From positions 1,440,001 through 1,504,000 of the forward strand of contig CAWFXL010000001.1 in assembly GCA_963819815.1 (NCBI GenBank): a stretch of 64,000 nucleotides of DNA, read 5' to 3'. Positions 29,016 to 39,530 of this stretch are shown here, piece by piece. Made by a program: the position numbers and the translations under genes. Position 1 is the stretch's first letter; each line of letters begins with the position of its first letter. The notes under the pieces were generated by a model. That model was not told where the DNA came from. It did not search any database and worked only from the letters and a program-made list of their open reading frames with translations. The DNA is from an uncultured bacterium (GTDB lineage: Bacteria; Babelota; Babeliae; Babelales; Babelaceae).

Positions 29016-29972
29016 TCACTTGGTCGATTGGCCCGTTTTGTGATGGATTCTTTTGAACATATGCTTGAGCGCCATGCAGGCGAGTGAACCGAAGATTTCT
29101 CCGTTGGTCATTCCAAGAGAAAGCGATCTTATATCCTTTTCACTCAAAGATGCTCGGCACAGGGGACATGTAGGATGCTCAAAGGCGGAAGTGAATTGTG
29201 ATTTTGCATAATCGGCGAGACATTTTTTATGAAATTTATGCGTGCATTCAAGGAGAACTGCCCCGGCGGTATCTAAGGAGATCTGCAAGGCCTTCTTTAA
29301 ATGAGGTACAATTGATTCGTTATATATTCCGATCATTCCGTTTTCAGCAAGAAATGCTTTAAGCATCTGAGAGATGTTACTTTGTTGGGCGGTAGGATCT
29401 GAAAACAGTTGCAGGTGTTTTACTAAGGTAAGATACTGAGCTTCTTCTGCGGCAATTTGGCGAGCATGTGCTCTTTTTTCTTCATCGGTTAAGGTCTCAT
29501 CACTTCTCTTTTTAAGGTTGTTTAACCGCTCCTCAAGGGCCCTTTGTGCTAAAGAAAATACTTCGATCAAAGCTTTAACATCGCCTTTTTGCATCATTTC
29601 TTCGGCTACCTTTTCTTTTCGTACAGTCGCATGGTAAGACTCGGTCGTAGATACCAGCTCTTTACGTATTGCTTCTTGGTCCGCAGGAGCTGCCGCATTG
29701 CTAAGTAATTCGGTCAGTTGTTGTGTGCGAGCCTGGTACGTTTTCTCTAATGCTTCCACATCCAGTGTGATATCTTCAAAAACTTGAACCGTGAATGCCG
29801 ATGGTAAATTGGGAATATGATCGCGGCATATACTGCAGGTTGCGATCTGTTCTTCTGTCTGAGCACGAACTTCCTCAACCCGAACATGGGCATTTGATTG
29901 GGAGGCTCCCAGAGCCTCTAGTGGTAAAATGAGAATGAACAATAAAGTGAGAATTTTGCGTGAATGTAACAT
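29016..29972 (-). CDS. Secreted split RING-H2 protein, copy 2
   Basis: Signal peptide; CSIC ...~190 aa... CTHKFHKKC ... CPLC. Confidence 0.82.
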   Translation of the reverse strand: MLHSRKILTLLFILILPLEALGASQSNAHVRVEEVRAQTEEQIATCSICRDHIPNLPSAFTVQVFEDITLDVEALEKTYQARTQQLTELLSNAAAPADQEAIRKELVSTTESYHATVRKEKVAEEMMQKGDVKALIEVFSLAQRALEERLNNLKKRSDETLTDEEKRAHARQIAAEEAQYLTLVKHLQLFSDPTAQQSNISQMLKAFLAENGMIGIYNESIVPHLKKALQISLDTAGAVLLECTHKFHKKCLADYAKSQFTSAFEHPTCPLCRASLSEKDIRSLSLGMTNGEIFGSLACMALKHMFKRIHHKTGQSTK

Positions 29973-30147
29973 GATATTTCCTTTTCTCTAAAAGGGGATT
30001 GCAAATTACTATTAGCAATAGCTTACCATGGATAATGAACTTAGCAATCAGAATATAAGCCTGCAACACCAGTTGAGCTTTTGGCATTCTTGCGAAATTT
30101 AGGTATAGTTCATAGAAGATATACTACATGACTCAAAGGATTACTTC

Positions 30148-30873
30148 ATGGCACATCAGAATACGAATATACCAAGCCCAGCAGATGAACCAAATTTACA
30201 TCATCACCATCATGATGAAGGAAGCTTTTCAGCTGAGTTGATGCATCATTTACCGTATGCTATATTTTCAGTGGCCGTTGGTATGATTATTTTAAGTCTG
30301 CTTGACTATAGTTCCGGATGGGCGTCACTTGGGCAATTAGCCCGCAAGGAAGCCTGCTCTGGGTATCATATGCTGTTTCATAGCTTTCACTTTCTGCATA
30401 TTTTGTTTGCAGCTACGGGTACCATCATCACCTTTTCACGATTTTCACATAGCTTTATTAAAGCATTGATCATTGGCATTATTTCGCCAACAATATTTTG
30501 TATGCTATCAGACGTGCTCCTTCCCTATCTTGCCGGCAGATTGATGGGCATCGATATGGAGCTCCATATCTGCTTCCATCGTGAATTTCAGAATGTTATA
30601 CCCTTTTTAGGGATCGGGGTTCTTAATGGAATGATTCTTCGGCAACATCATTCGGCTATGCTTCCGGTCTTTTCCCTAGGATCCCATGTTGCCCATATCC
30701 TCATAAGCTCCCTTGCTGGATTGTTCTATATGGTATCTCACGGTTTTGATAACTGGTACCCACAGATGGGTGTCCTCTATTTATTTTTAGTTATTGCCGT
30801 GGTCGTTCCTTGTACTTTGTCAGACGTAGTTGTTCCCATGTACTGGGCAGGCGTTAAACCGAAAAAAGCTTAA
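30148..30873 (+). CDS. His-rich integral membrane protein, possible metal permease
   Basis: HHHHHDE at the N-terminus; His/Cys/Asp within TM segments (FHSFHFLH, CMLSD, HICFH, SHVAH, CTLSD). Confidence 0.65.
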   Translation: MAHQNTNIPSPADEPNLHHHHHDEGSFSAELMHHLPYAIFSVAVGMIILSLLDYSSGWASLGQLARKEACSGYHMLFHSFHFLHILFAATGTIITFSRFSHSFIKALIIGIISPTIFCMLSDVLLPYLAGRLMGIDMELHICFHREFQNVIPFLGIGVLNGMILRQHHSAMLPVFSLGSHVAHILISSLAGLFYMVSHGFDNWYPQMGVLYLFLVIAVVVPCTLSDVVVPMYWAGVKPKKA

Positions 30874-30893
30874 CCGTTCCTTCAAGGAGTTGT

Positions 30894-32798
30894 ATGCACC
30901 AGAAAAAATTTTATGTGACGACGCCCATTTACTATGTCACGGCAAAGCCCCATTTAGGTTCGCTCTACTCTACCTTATTAGCCGATGTTGCCGCGCGCTG
31001 GCATCGTCTTTCTGGAGAAAAGATTTTCTTTCTAACAGGTACCGATGAGCATGGCCAAAAGATTGCTCAAGCAGCAGATAAGGTGGGTAAGAAGCCTCAA
31101 GAGTTTGTTGATAGTTTTATTGATGCCTACAAAGATATATGGCATAAATACGATATCGCGTACACCTATTTTATGAGAACGACTGACCAGGCACATATCA
31201 AGGCGGTCCAAGAATGGATACGTGCGCTCATAAAAACAGGTGATATTTATAAATCGTACTATAGTGGCTTTTATTGCACTCCCTGTGAAACGTATGTTAC
31301 GAAGAGAGATGAAACCGTAGTGGTCTGTGAATCCTGTGGAAGAGAAACGATTGAAATAGCAGAAGAGTCGTACTTTTTTAGACTATCGGCGTACCAGGAC
31401 AGATTGCTAGCGTTCTATGCGGAACATCCTGATTTCATCGTGCCAAAAGAGCGGTCACATGAGGTAGTAAGTTTTGTACAAAGTGGTTTGAGAGATTTAA
31501 GTATTTCACGGACTACCGTGGCATGGGGTATTCCCTTTCCTGACGATGAGCAGCATGTTGTCTATGTCTGGGCAGATGCATTAAATAATTATATTACTGC
31601 CTTAGGTTATGCTCAAGAATCGAAAAAAGAGGAGTTTGCTTACTGGTGGCCTGCTGATTTGCAGGTGATGGGGAAAGATATTGTACGATTTCACGCAGTA
31701 TACTGGCCAGCATTTTTAATGGCTTCTCAACTACCCTTGCCTAAGCATTTATTGGTTCATGGCTGGCTTCAAGTAAATAAGCAAAAAATGTCGAAGTCTC
31801 TAGGCAACGCAGTTGATCCACAAGCGCTTTTAGATGCCTATGGTGCTGATGCCATACGCTATTATCTCATTCGATTCATGGCGATTACCCAAGATGCTGA
31901 GTTTAGTACTGATGATCTTGAGCAGCGAGTAAGCTCTGATCTAGCAAATGATCTGGGGAATTTATTACAGCGAGTAGTTACTCTTGCACAGCGTCGTGAA
32001 CTCTATGAAGTGGTCTCTCCGCAGAACTGGGGTGCTCATGAGATTGATCTTCGAGATGCCTTTTGGACCACGCTTGAAAAATATTCTCTTGATATGGATG
32101 AAGGTTATTCATATCGTGCTTTAGGTCATCTGTGGGGATATATTCATCAGGTTAATGCTTACTTTCATGCAGCTGAGCCTTGGAAGATTACTGATGAGGA
32201 GCGATTTAAAGAGGTTATCAGTGCATCATGTCATAGCCTGTATGCGATCGGTATTTTGCTGCATCCTGTGATGCCCCATGCTATGGAAAAGCTACTTGCT
32301 AGTCTTGGGATGAAGGTTACCTTTGGTGAACATAATTTTCTTGAGGAGCTTGATGACAATCCCTGGAATAAAACATTCATGTTGCACCCCTTAAAAGAGC
32401 CGCTCTTTAAAAAATATGAAAGCAAACCTGCGCAGGTAGAAGAAGCTTCAGAAGGAGCGCAAGCAGCATTTCCTGAAATAGCGATTGAGGACTTTGCTGA
32501 GGTTGTTTTGCTTGTAGGGACCATCGAGGAATCAGAAGAGGTACCTGGTTCTGATAAGTTGCTAAAACTGCAAGTAAACTTTGGACCATATGGGATGAGA
32601 CAGGTTCTGTCGGGAATTAAAAAATACTATTCAGCAGCTGCGGTGAGGGGTGTGCAAGCGGTCTTTGTGGTTAACTTGAAGCCACGCAAGATGATGGGCC
32701 TTGAATCTCAGGGGATGGTCCTCACGGTTACTGATGCCCAAGATGTCTTGAAGCTTGTTACCGTTGCGCAAGTACCTCCGGGAACACGATTGAAATAG
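30894..32798 (+). CDS. metG: Methionine--tRNA ligase with C-terminal tRNA-binding domain
   Basis: YVTTPIYY..PHLG, TGTDEHGQKI, GKDIVRFH, KMSKS and VVNLKPRKMMG. Confidence 0.97.
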   Translation: MHQKKFYVTTPIYYVTAKPHLGSLYSTLLADVAARWHRLSGEKIFFLTGTDEHGQKIAQAADKVGKKPQEFVDSFIDAYKDIWHKYDIAYTYFMRTTDQAHIKAVQEWIRALIKTGDIYKSYYSGFYCTPCETYVTKRDETVVVCESCGRETIEIAEESYFFRLSAYQDRLLAFYAEHPDFIVPKERSHEVVSFVQSGLRDLSISRTTVAWGIPFPDDEQHVVYVWADALNNYITALGYAQESKKEEFAYWWPADLQVMGKDIVRFHAVYWPAFLMASQLPLPKHLLVHGWLQVNKQKMSKSLGNAVDPQALLDAYGADAIRYYLIRFMAITQDAEFSTDDLEQRVSSDLANDLGNLLQRVVTLAQRRELYEVVSPQNWGAHEIDLRDAFWTTLEKYSLDMDEGYSYRALGHLWGYIHQVNAYFHAAEPWKITDEERFKEVISASCHSLYAIGILLHPVMPHAMEKLLASLGMKVTFGEHNFLEELDDNPWNKTFMLHPLKEPLFKKYESKPAQVEEASEGAQAAFPEIAIEDFAEVVLLVGTIEESEEVPGSDKLLKLQVNFGPYGMRQVLSGIKKYYSAAAVRGVQAVFVVNLKPRKMMGLESQGMVLTVTDAQDVLKLVTVAQVPPGTRLK

Positions 32799-32913
32799 GA
32801 AAGCTCATGGTCTGGTATCACAGCTCTTCACAATCTTTACACTTAGGTGTACGGTTATCGTATATGAGGTACTATTGTCATCAGAATAAAATCCTCTACC
32901 TTGTCGGAGCGGT

Positions 32914-34659
32914 ATGACCGTTTATTCTTTTATTCGCACATTACTCTACCATTTGCGGTATTACCTGCTCGGTCCTCTTGCATGGACCATATTTTATGCT
33001 CTCTATGGTACGACTAAACCATACTTACTCAAACAATTAATCGATACTGCAGCTCAGGGCGGGAGTATGCAAACACTTTCGACAATTGCCTGTTTCTTCA
33101 TTGCATTAATGCTTTCCTATGAAGTGTTTTACCAGCTCTATGATTTGTGCGATATGCGTTATAAGCCTCTCTTTAAAAATCTTATAGCTCATACGCTTGT
33201 TGATCATGTATTAGAACAGGATTACCGCTATTTTCAAAATCAGTTTGCGGGAAATATTGCTGCCAAGATTAGCGATGCAGTGAATTTTACTCCTGAGATT
33301 GTTAAGACGGTGATCGATTACTATATTACCAATATGGTGGCTGTGCTGATGGGCATGTTTATGCTAGCACAGGTGCATTCGTGGTTTGCTATTGCCTTAG
33401 GAGTGTGGGTATTCTTTTTTGTCATTATTTCAGCAACGACACTTTCACGATTTAGTTATCTTTCCAATAACTCAGCTGAAGCAGGAGCGCGGATTGTGGC
33501 AACGATAGTTGATATTTTAGGCAACGTGCTCAATATCAAGCTATTTGCATCAAAAGATTACGAATTAAAGCGCTTGGGCCATTTTATGCAGAACTATTAT
33601 ATTCTCTTTAAAAGACGTCGCTGGTTTCTGTTTCAGCTGTATTCTGCTCAAGCCCTGAGCTATCAGATTTACCAAGCGGTATGTCTCTTTCTTTTAATTT
33701 ATTTATATGGGGAAGGGCTGGTTACCCCCGGTGACTTTGCTCTGATCCTTACGCTTAATCTGTGGATTGTTGATTGTATGTGGGACATGTCAGATAGAAT
33801 GCGTACCCTCAGTGAAAACTGGGGTGCAGTAGATCAGGCGCTTAAACTTATTTATGTGCCGATCGAACTTAAGGATATCCCCGGTGCCCCAGCACTTGTG
33901 GTAACCCGCGGCGAAATCGTCTTTGAGAATGTTTCATTCCAATATGAAGGAGCATCTCCTCTTTTTACTAAAAAATCGGTTGTCATTAAGCCTCATGAAC
34001 GAGTGGGGCTTGTAGGATATTCAGGCAGCGGAAAATCAACCTTTGCTCGTCTTATTTTGCGTATTTATGATGTCAATTCTGGACGTATTCTGATTGATGG
34101 GCAAGATATTAGCAAAGTAACTCAAACATCCGTACGCCGTTCTGTAGGTATCTATCCGCAAGATCCGTCACTCTTTCATAGAAGTATTATGGCTAATATT
34201 CGGTACGGTAACCGAAAGGCTACCGATCAAGAAGTTATTGCAGTTGCCAAGCAGGTTCATGCTGACGAGTTTATTAAGGCTTCTGAACATGGGTACGATA
34301 CAGAGGTTGGTGAACGGGGCATGAAACTTTCGGGAGGTCAGCGGCAGCGTGTCGCTCTTGCCCGTGCGATTTTGAAGAACGCGCCTATTTTGATCATGGA
34401 CGAAGCGACATCTCAATTAGATTCAGAAACTGAGCGCATTATTCAGGAATCTCTTGATGAGATCATGCATAATAAAACAACGATTGTTATTGCGCATCGT
34501 CTGTCGACGTTACTGCATATGGACCGCATCTTAGTATTTGATAAGGGCAGTATCGTCCAAGAAGGTTCACATGAGGAGCTTATTAACCAGCCTGGATTGT
34601 ATCAAACTCTTTGGCAATCACAAATATGTGGGTTCCTTCCACAGACACGAAACTCGTGA
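32914..34659 (+). CDS. ABC exporter, fused permease and ATPase
   Basis: TM domain plus GYSGSGKST, LSGGQRQR, DEATS and IAHRLST. Confidence 0.93.
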   Translation: MTVYSFIRTLLYHLRYYLLGPLAWTIFYALYGTTKPYLLKQLIDTAAQGGSMQTLSTIACFFIALMLSYEVFYQLYDLCDMRYKPLFKNLIAHTLVDHVLEQDYRYFQNQFAGNIAAKISDAVNFTPEIVKTVIDYYITNMVAVLMGMFMLAQVHSWFAIALGVWVFFFVIISATTLSRFSYLSNNSAEAGARIVATIVDILGNVLNIKLFASKDYELKRLGHFMQNYYILFKRRRWFLFQLYSAQALSYQIYQAVCLFLLIYLYGEGLVTPGDFALILTLNLWIVDCMWDMSDRMRTLSENWGAVDQALKLIYVPIELKDIPGAPALVVTRGEIVFENVSFQYEGASPLFTKKSVVIKPHERVGLVGYSGSGKSTFARLILRIYDVNSGRILIDGQDISKVTQTSVRRSVGIYPQDPSLFHRSIMANIRYGNRKATDQEVIAVAKQVHADEFIKASEHGYDTEVGERGMKLSGGQRQRVALARAILKNAPILIMDEATSQLDSETERIIQESLDEIMHNKTTIVIAHRLSTLLHMDRILVFDKGSIVQEGSHEELINQPGLYQTLWQSQICGFLPQTRNS

Positions 34660-34826
34660 GAAGATCTAAAGGAAGAGTATTAAGTTTTTTTCTAATGCTC
34701 AAGAAATCCTGGATAGTTTTACTCTATGAAATCTTTCAATCATCTCTATTAGAGGGGCTATGATTCACCGTATACACAGGAAAGAGCAGCGATTTCTTTG
34801 CTAATCGTTCTCTGCGGCTCTATTTT

Positions 34827-34990
34827 TTGAAAAACAGTCCTCATGTGGTCCCCATCTTAGCTCAATGGTTGTATAATGAGTGGTATCCCTATGAAGCTTT
34901 GCTAACTCAGGAAACGCTTATCAATTTTTTCAAAAAATATTCTTGGTGCACAGGGACAGGTAATTGCCTTGGCTTTATGATTGCTATATG
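34827..34990 (+). pseudogene. Probable GNAT acetyltransferase remnant
   Basis: LKNSPHVVPILAQWLYNEW resembles a GNAT N-terminus; the frame degenerates and the acetyl-CoA motif is missing. Confidence 0.45.
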
Positions 34991-35028
34991 CTTACCTGCA
35001 CTGTTTAATTTACCAAAGAAGGGATCTT

Positions 35029-35445
35029 ATGAACATACAACGCCTCCTCAAAAACTTTCTGATATTGTACCCACCCTTTGTGATTCTAGATTTTGTTTGG
35101 TTTGGTTTTCTTGTGAGCCCCATCTACCAAAAACATCTGTCTCATCTCATGTTACCACCTGAGAGTTGCACTTTACTGACGTTTGTCGGCATGTTTGTAC
35201 CGCTAGCACTTATTGTGCTTGGGGCACTACTCTTTGTGGCACCTCGGGTTAGTGCTGCATCGTATGTCCAAAGTTTTATTTGGGGTGCGGTGTATGGTTT
35301 TATTACGTATGGAATCTATTCCATCTCAAACTTAATTCATTTAAATGGGTGGCCTATCCAGATAACTCTACTCGATATTTCCTGGGGAATGGCAGTATGC
35401 GGCCTTCTTGGGGTTTGTATCGCCTACCTGAGTAAGCAAAGATAA
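35029..35445 (+). CDS. DUF2177-family membrane protein
   Basis: LDFVWFG..Y, GAVYGFITYGIY..SNL and WP....LDISWG. Confidence 0.8.
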   Translation: MNIQRLLKNFLILYPPFVILDFVWFGFLVSPIYQKHLSHLMLPPESCTLLTFVGMFVPLALIVLGALLFVAPRVSAASYVQSFIWGAVYGFITYGIYSISNLIHLNGWPIQITLLDISWGMAVCGLLGVCIAYLSKQR

Positions 35446-35829
35446 AGCTACTATACTCAACAACATCTGCAGTATCTTTAGATGTCAGAAAATGACATTT
35501 AAGGGCATTGGAAATTTGGCCTTCTGATCGCACTATTGCCGTTTAGGTAAAAGGCGAGCTGTTTTATGGCTAAAGAATCGTATTATTTAGAAGAGATTTT
35601 GAAGAGATAGTGATGTTTCTTGTACTTTTTTTAAAATGAAAGGTCATGATACCCTAGGATGTCATTTTTCGACATTTAAGGGATTCGTGGAAGTTTAACT
35701 AAGATATACCATCTGGTTGTTATTGCTTGAGAGCTCATAAAAATTGCACCCCCTCTTGAAATTAAGTATGATAACAAATGATCTACCACAAGGAAGATCG
35801 GCTCTAAACCAATAAAATGTTCAAGAGAA

Positions 35830-36627
35830 ATGGAAAATTTTGGGGTTCATTTTTGGGTCACTGCAACCTCATTAGGTATGTCTTCTCAAGCTGTCTCAAT
35901 GGAGTCTTCATCTTCAACTATGATGTACAAAACATTTGCTACTTACTACGATCACTTTTATCGAACCAAAGACTATGAGAAAGAAACGTGCTTTTTGAAG
36001 CACCTTCTTTCGGAATATCATGTACATACCATACTCGACGTGGGATGCGGCACTGGCACGCATCTTTCAAAGTTGGAACAATCCGGCTATGCATGTGAAG
36101 GGATTGATTTAAATACCGAGATGGTTGAGATTGCCAAGACAAAACATAAAGGAACCATATTTCAAGCAGATATGAGAACCTTCCAGCTAAACCGGCGATA
36201 CGATGCAATTATTTCAATGTTCGCTGTCTTTAATCATAATCTGGATATGAATGATGCTCGTAGTACGTTAATTCAGATAAGGAATCACCTAAACCCAAAT
36301 GGTGTTGTGATTCTTGATCTTTACAATCCTCAATCATCTGGAAAAAAGGTAGATTCTTACGAAGGTATTACCAGAACAATGGAATGGCGCTTGAATACTG
36401 AAATTCAAGTTTGCGAATCTATTGTAAAATTCATTGAAGGCGATAAAGCTTGCGAAGAACAATTTCTCCTAAAGATTTATTCTATCCCGTTGCTGAAAAA
36501 ACTTTTTGAAGATGCCGGCTTTACGCACATTAAGCTCTACGACAACTATACCTTTAATGAGGGTTCGCCGCTTTCAAAAAATTTGATCGTGGTAGCAGAG
36601 TGCGGTCATCTAGAAGTTACTCGATAA
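35830..36627 (+). CDS. Class I SAM-dependent methyltransferase (true start may be ~35920)
   Basis: YYD.FY..KDY..E, ILDVGCGTG, ADMRTF and HLNPNGVVILD. Confidence 0.88.
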   Translation: MENFGVHFWVTATSLGMSSQAVSMESSSSTMMYKTFATYYDHFYRTKDYEKETCFLKHLLSEYHVHTILDVGCGTGTHLSKLEQSGYACEGIDLNTEMVEIAKTKHKGTIFQADMRTFQLNRRYDAIISMFAVFNHNLDMNDARSTLIQIRNHLNPNGVVILDLYNPQSSGKKVDSYEGITRTMEWRLNTEIQVCESIVKFIEGDKACEEQFLLKIYSIPLLKKLFEDAGFTHIKLYDNYTFNEGSPLSKNLIVVAECGHLEVTR

Positions 36628-37018
36628 TCTCTGGATACTTTTTTTTCTGCGCTAAGCAGTAGCTTTCTCCGAAGCTTCCCTCAGGATGCTCGGCTACGGT
36701 GACGTACTTGCGCTCAACAAAACCACCACGTTGTGATCGTTTTTTCTCTTGAGAAATAAGTACTTCATCTTTATCAATCTTATACAGCGCCATAAGTGAA
36801 TCAATGACTTCGTAAAGGTCTGCAAGTTCACTCATACGCTCTTCTGAAGACTGAGCTGCAGCAACTTCTTCCGCCTCTTCAAGTAATTTAAGCCCTAATA
36901 TGTGACTATATTCTTCATCCGAAAGCTCTTTAATATGAATTACTGAGCCCATATTCTCCATTAATTGTGGAGCCTTATCTCTCCAGAGCTTATTCTGCAA
37001 GAACTTGCGCATTTTCAT
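36617..37018 (-). CDS. All-alpha NTP pyrophosphohydrolase (MazG/HisE-like)
   Basis: KLWRDK.P, KLLEEAEE, ELADLYEVI and KRSQRGGF. Confidence 0.85.
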   Translation of the reverse strand: MKMRKFLQNKLWRDKAPQLMENMGSVIHIKELSDEEYSHILGLKLLEEAEEVAAAQSSEERMSELADLYEVIDSLMALYKIDKDEVLISQEKKRSQRGGFVERKYVTVAEHPEGSFGESYCLAQKKKYPEIIE

Positions 37019-37268
37019 GATTTCCCTTCCCCTGGTTGTCTTTTGCATCCTTATAAGGCTATTGAGGATAGAACTTTTAGGGGCCTCAAGCAAGAGAAAG
37101 ACCTAAGAAATTTTTGGCTTTTTGTTCATGAAAAAAGAATGCAAACTGAGCACGAAAGATTGTGTATCCCTGTTTACGACCTGAAGGTAAGAAAAAATCA
37201 AACCTTTGGGTCATGATACTCAATCTACAAGACCGATAGTAATGGTGTGCTCTAAGAACCGATTTTGT

Positions 37269-39530
37269 TTACGACTCTGTGCTTTCAACAGCTACAGCGT
37301 AACCGCATTCCTTATTTGAGCATTTGAGTGTAACTTCACCTGTTTTAGAAACACGCTTCAGGAGGTACGGCAGATGACATTGCGGACAAGGGGTCTGTGC
37401 AATATCACCGGAGATTGAGAACTTACATGCTGGGTAAGTACTGCATCCCCAAAATGTTTTACCTTTCCAGAACTTCTGAACTACGTCACCTTTGCCACAG
37501 GAAGGACATTTAAAGTTTGCCGTTGTCTGTTTAATATATCGGCAATCAGGATATCCTGTGCAGGCGATAAAGGGCCCAAATCGACCACTCATTTGCCGTA
37601 GTGATTTGCCACATTTAGGGCACTGTTCTTCAAGTACTTGAGGAGCTGCTGCTTTTACGAGCTTAATTGAATCATCAGGTAAACGTTCAAAATTACTTGT
37701 GAACTTACATTCAGGATACTGATCACAGCCTGCGAAGGGGCCAGCTTTTCCAAAACGGATGATGAGCTTACCTTTTTTGCATTCAGGACAGGTGACATTT
37801 GTTTCTTCAATAGCTTTCTTCGCTTCACCTTTAAAGATTTCAAGATCTTTTTCAAAATCATGATAAAAATCTATGATAAGCTTATCGCGCTCCAAAGTAC
37901 CAGCCGCGACCTTATCAAGGTTCTCTTCCATAGCCGCTGTAAATCCAAGATTCATGATCTTGGGAAGATTTGCGGTTAACATTTTGGTGACGACGGTACC
38001 AAGCTCAGTAGGCATAAATCGTTTATTATCATCTTTTTCAGTATACGAGCGCTCTTGAATAGTCTTTAAAATAGTAGCATAAGTACTCGGTCTACCAATC
38101 CCTTCTTTCTCAAGCTCTTTCACCAGCGTAGCCTCTGTAAATCTAGGTGGCGGCTGCGTAAAGTGCTGCTTAGGTGAAAGCTCTTCAAGAGAAAGGGCCT
38201 CTTTTTCAGCAAGTTTTGACGGTATGGTAATCTTTTCTTCTTTCTCTTCTTCAGCGGCATAGATTTTCAGATAGCCATCGAATAGTAGGGTAGAGCCGGT
38301 TACTCTGAATGTATAGGGTCCGCCAACGACCGTTACTTGCTTTTGTGCATATTCTGCCGACTTCATTTGACTTGCTACGAAACGACGCCATATGAGATCA
38401 TACAGCTTGGCAGCGTCAGCAGGTAAGAACGCTTTTACTTTGTCTGGAGTGAGCGCCACATCGATTGGCCTAATGGCTTCGTGAGCATCTTGAGCTTGTG
38501 TTTTACCTTTTGCTTTGGAATAAGCTTTTGCCGTTGCTGGAAGATATTCTTTGCCGACATGTTTTTCAATATAGCTACGCGCCTGTTTTGTCGCGATAGG
38601 CGAGATACGCAGCGAATCGGTACGCATGTAGGTAATTAAAGCAACCGGTGTTGAAGGATCTTTTAACGGAATCCCTTCATAGAGTTTCTGTGCCACGGAC
38701 ATCGTCTTACTTACCCCAAATTTCAGGGTATTATACGATGACTGCTGCAACGTACTCGTCATAAATGGGGGTAACGGGTTTTTAAGTCGCTTCGATTCTT
38801 TTATCGATTCAACTTCATAGGACTCTTTTTTGATCTTAGCTACGAGCGTTTGAGCCTCTTTCTCCGTGCCAATTTTTGGTTTCTTGTCATTGACTAGGGC
38901 AAGTGGTGCAGAGAAGCTGCCGCTTTTCCCTTTAAAGAGGGCATCTACTGACCAGTACTCTTCCTGCACAAATGCCTTAATCTCTGCTTCGCGGTCAACA
39001 ATAAGTTTTAAAGCAACCGATTGAACGCGTCCTGCAGATAGGCCTTTAGCTATTTTCTTCCAAAGAATTGGGGATACTTGGTACCCTACAAGGCGATCAA
39101 GGACCCTACGCGCCTGCTGAGCCGATACCTTATGTAAATCGACATCAGAAGGGTTGGCAAGAGCCTCCTCAATGGCCGGTTTCGTAATCTCATTATAGAC
39201 GATTCTCTTGATAATCGCTTTTTTCTTAACTACACGTCCGATTTCCTGCTCAACATGCCAGGCAATAATCTCTCCCTCACGATCAGGGTCAGTTGCCAAA
39301 TAGATATGATCGGCTGTTTGAGCTTCTTTGCAGATATCTGCTATGGTTTTCTCTTTGCCTTCAAGGGTTACATAGTGGATATCCACTTCTTTATTTATCT
39401 CGACCCCAAGCTTTTTAGAAGGGAGGTCCTTAATATGGCCTACAGTGGACAATATTTTAAAGTCTTTCCCTAAAAGTTTCGAGATCGTCTTAATCTTAGC
39501 GGGTGATTCTACAATTAATAAATTCTTCAT
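37269..39530 (-). CDS. topA: DNA topoisomerase I
   Basis: Start MKNLLIVESPAK at 39530; ATDPDREGE, SAGRVQS, ITYMRTD and C-terminal Zn ribbons. Confidence 0.97.
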   Translation of the reverse strand: MKNLLIVESPAKIKTISKLLGKDFKILSTVGHIKDLPSKKLGVEINKEVDIHYVTLEGKEKTIADICKEAQTADHIYLATDPDREGEIIAWHVEQEIGRVVKKKAIIKRIVYNEITKPAIEEALANPSDVDLHKVSAQQARRVLDRLVGYQVSPILWKKIAKGLSAGRVQSVALKLIVDREAEIKAFVQEEYWSVDALFKGKSGSFSAPLALVNDKKPKIGTEKEAQTLVAKIKKESYEVESIKESKRLKNPLPPFMTSTLQQSSYNTLKFGVSKTMSVAQKLYEGIPLKDPSTPVALITYMRTDSLRISPIATKQARSYIEKHVGKEYLPATAKAYSKAKGKTQAQDAHEAIRPIDVALTPDKVKAFLPADAAKLYDLIWRRFVASQMKSAEYAQKQVTVVGGPYTFRVTGSTLLFDGYLKIYAAEEEKEEKITIPSKLAEKEALSLEELSPKQHFTQPPPRFTEATLVKELEKEGIGRPSTYATILKTIQERSYTEKDDNKRFMPTELGTVVTKMLTANLPKIMNLGFTAAMEENLDKVAAGTLERDKLIIDFYHDFEKDLEIFKGEAKKAIEETNVTCPECKKGKLIIRFGKAGPFAGCDQYPECKFTSNFERLPDDSIKLVKAAAPQVLEEQCPKCGKSLRQMSGRFGPFIACTGYPDCRYIKQTTANFKCPSCGKGDVVQKFWKGKTFWGCSTYPACKFSISGDIAQTPCPQCHLPYLLKRVSKTGEVTLKCSNKECGYAVAVESTES

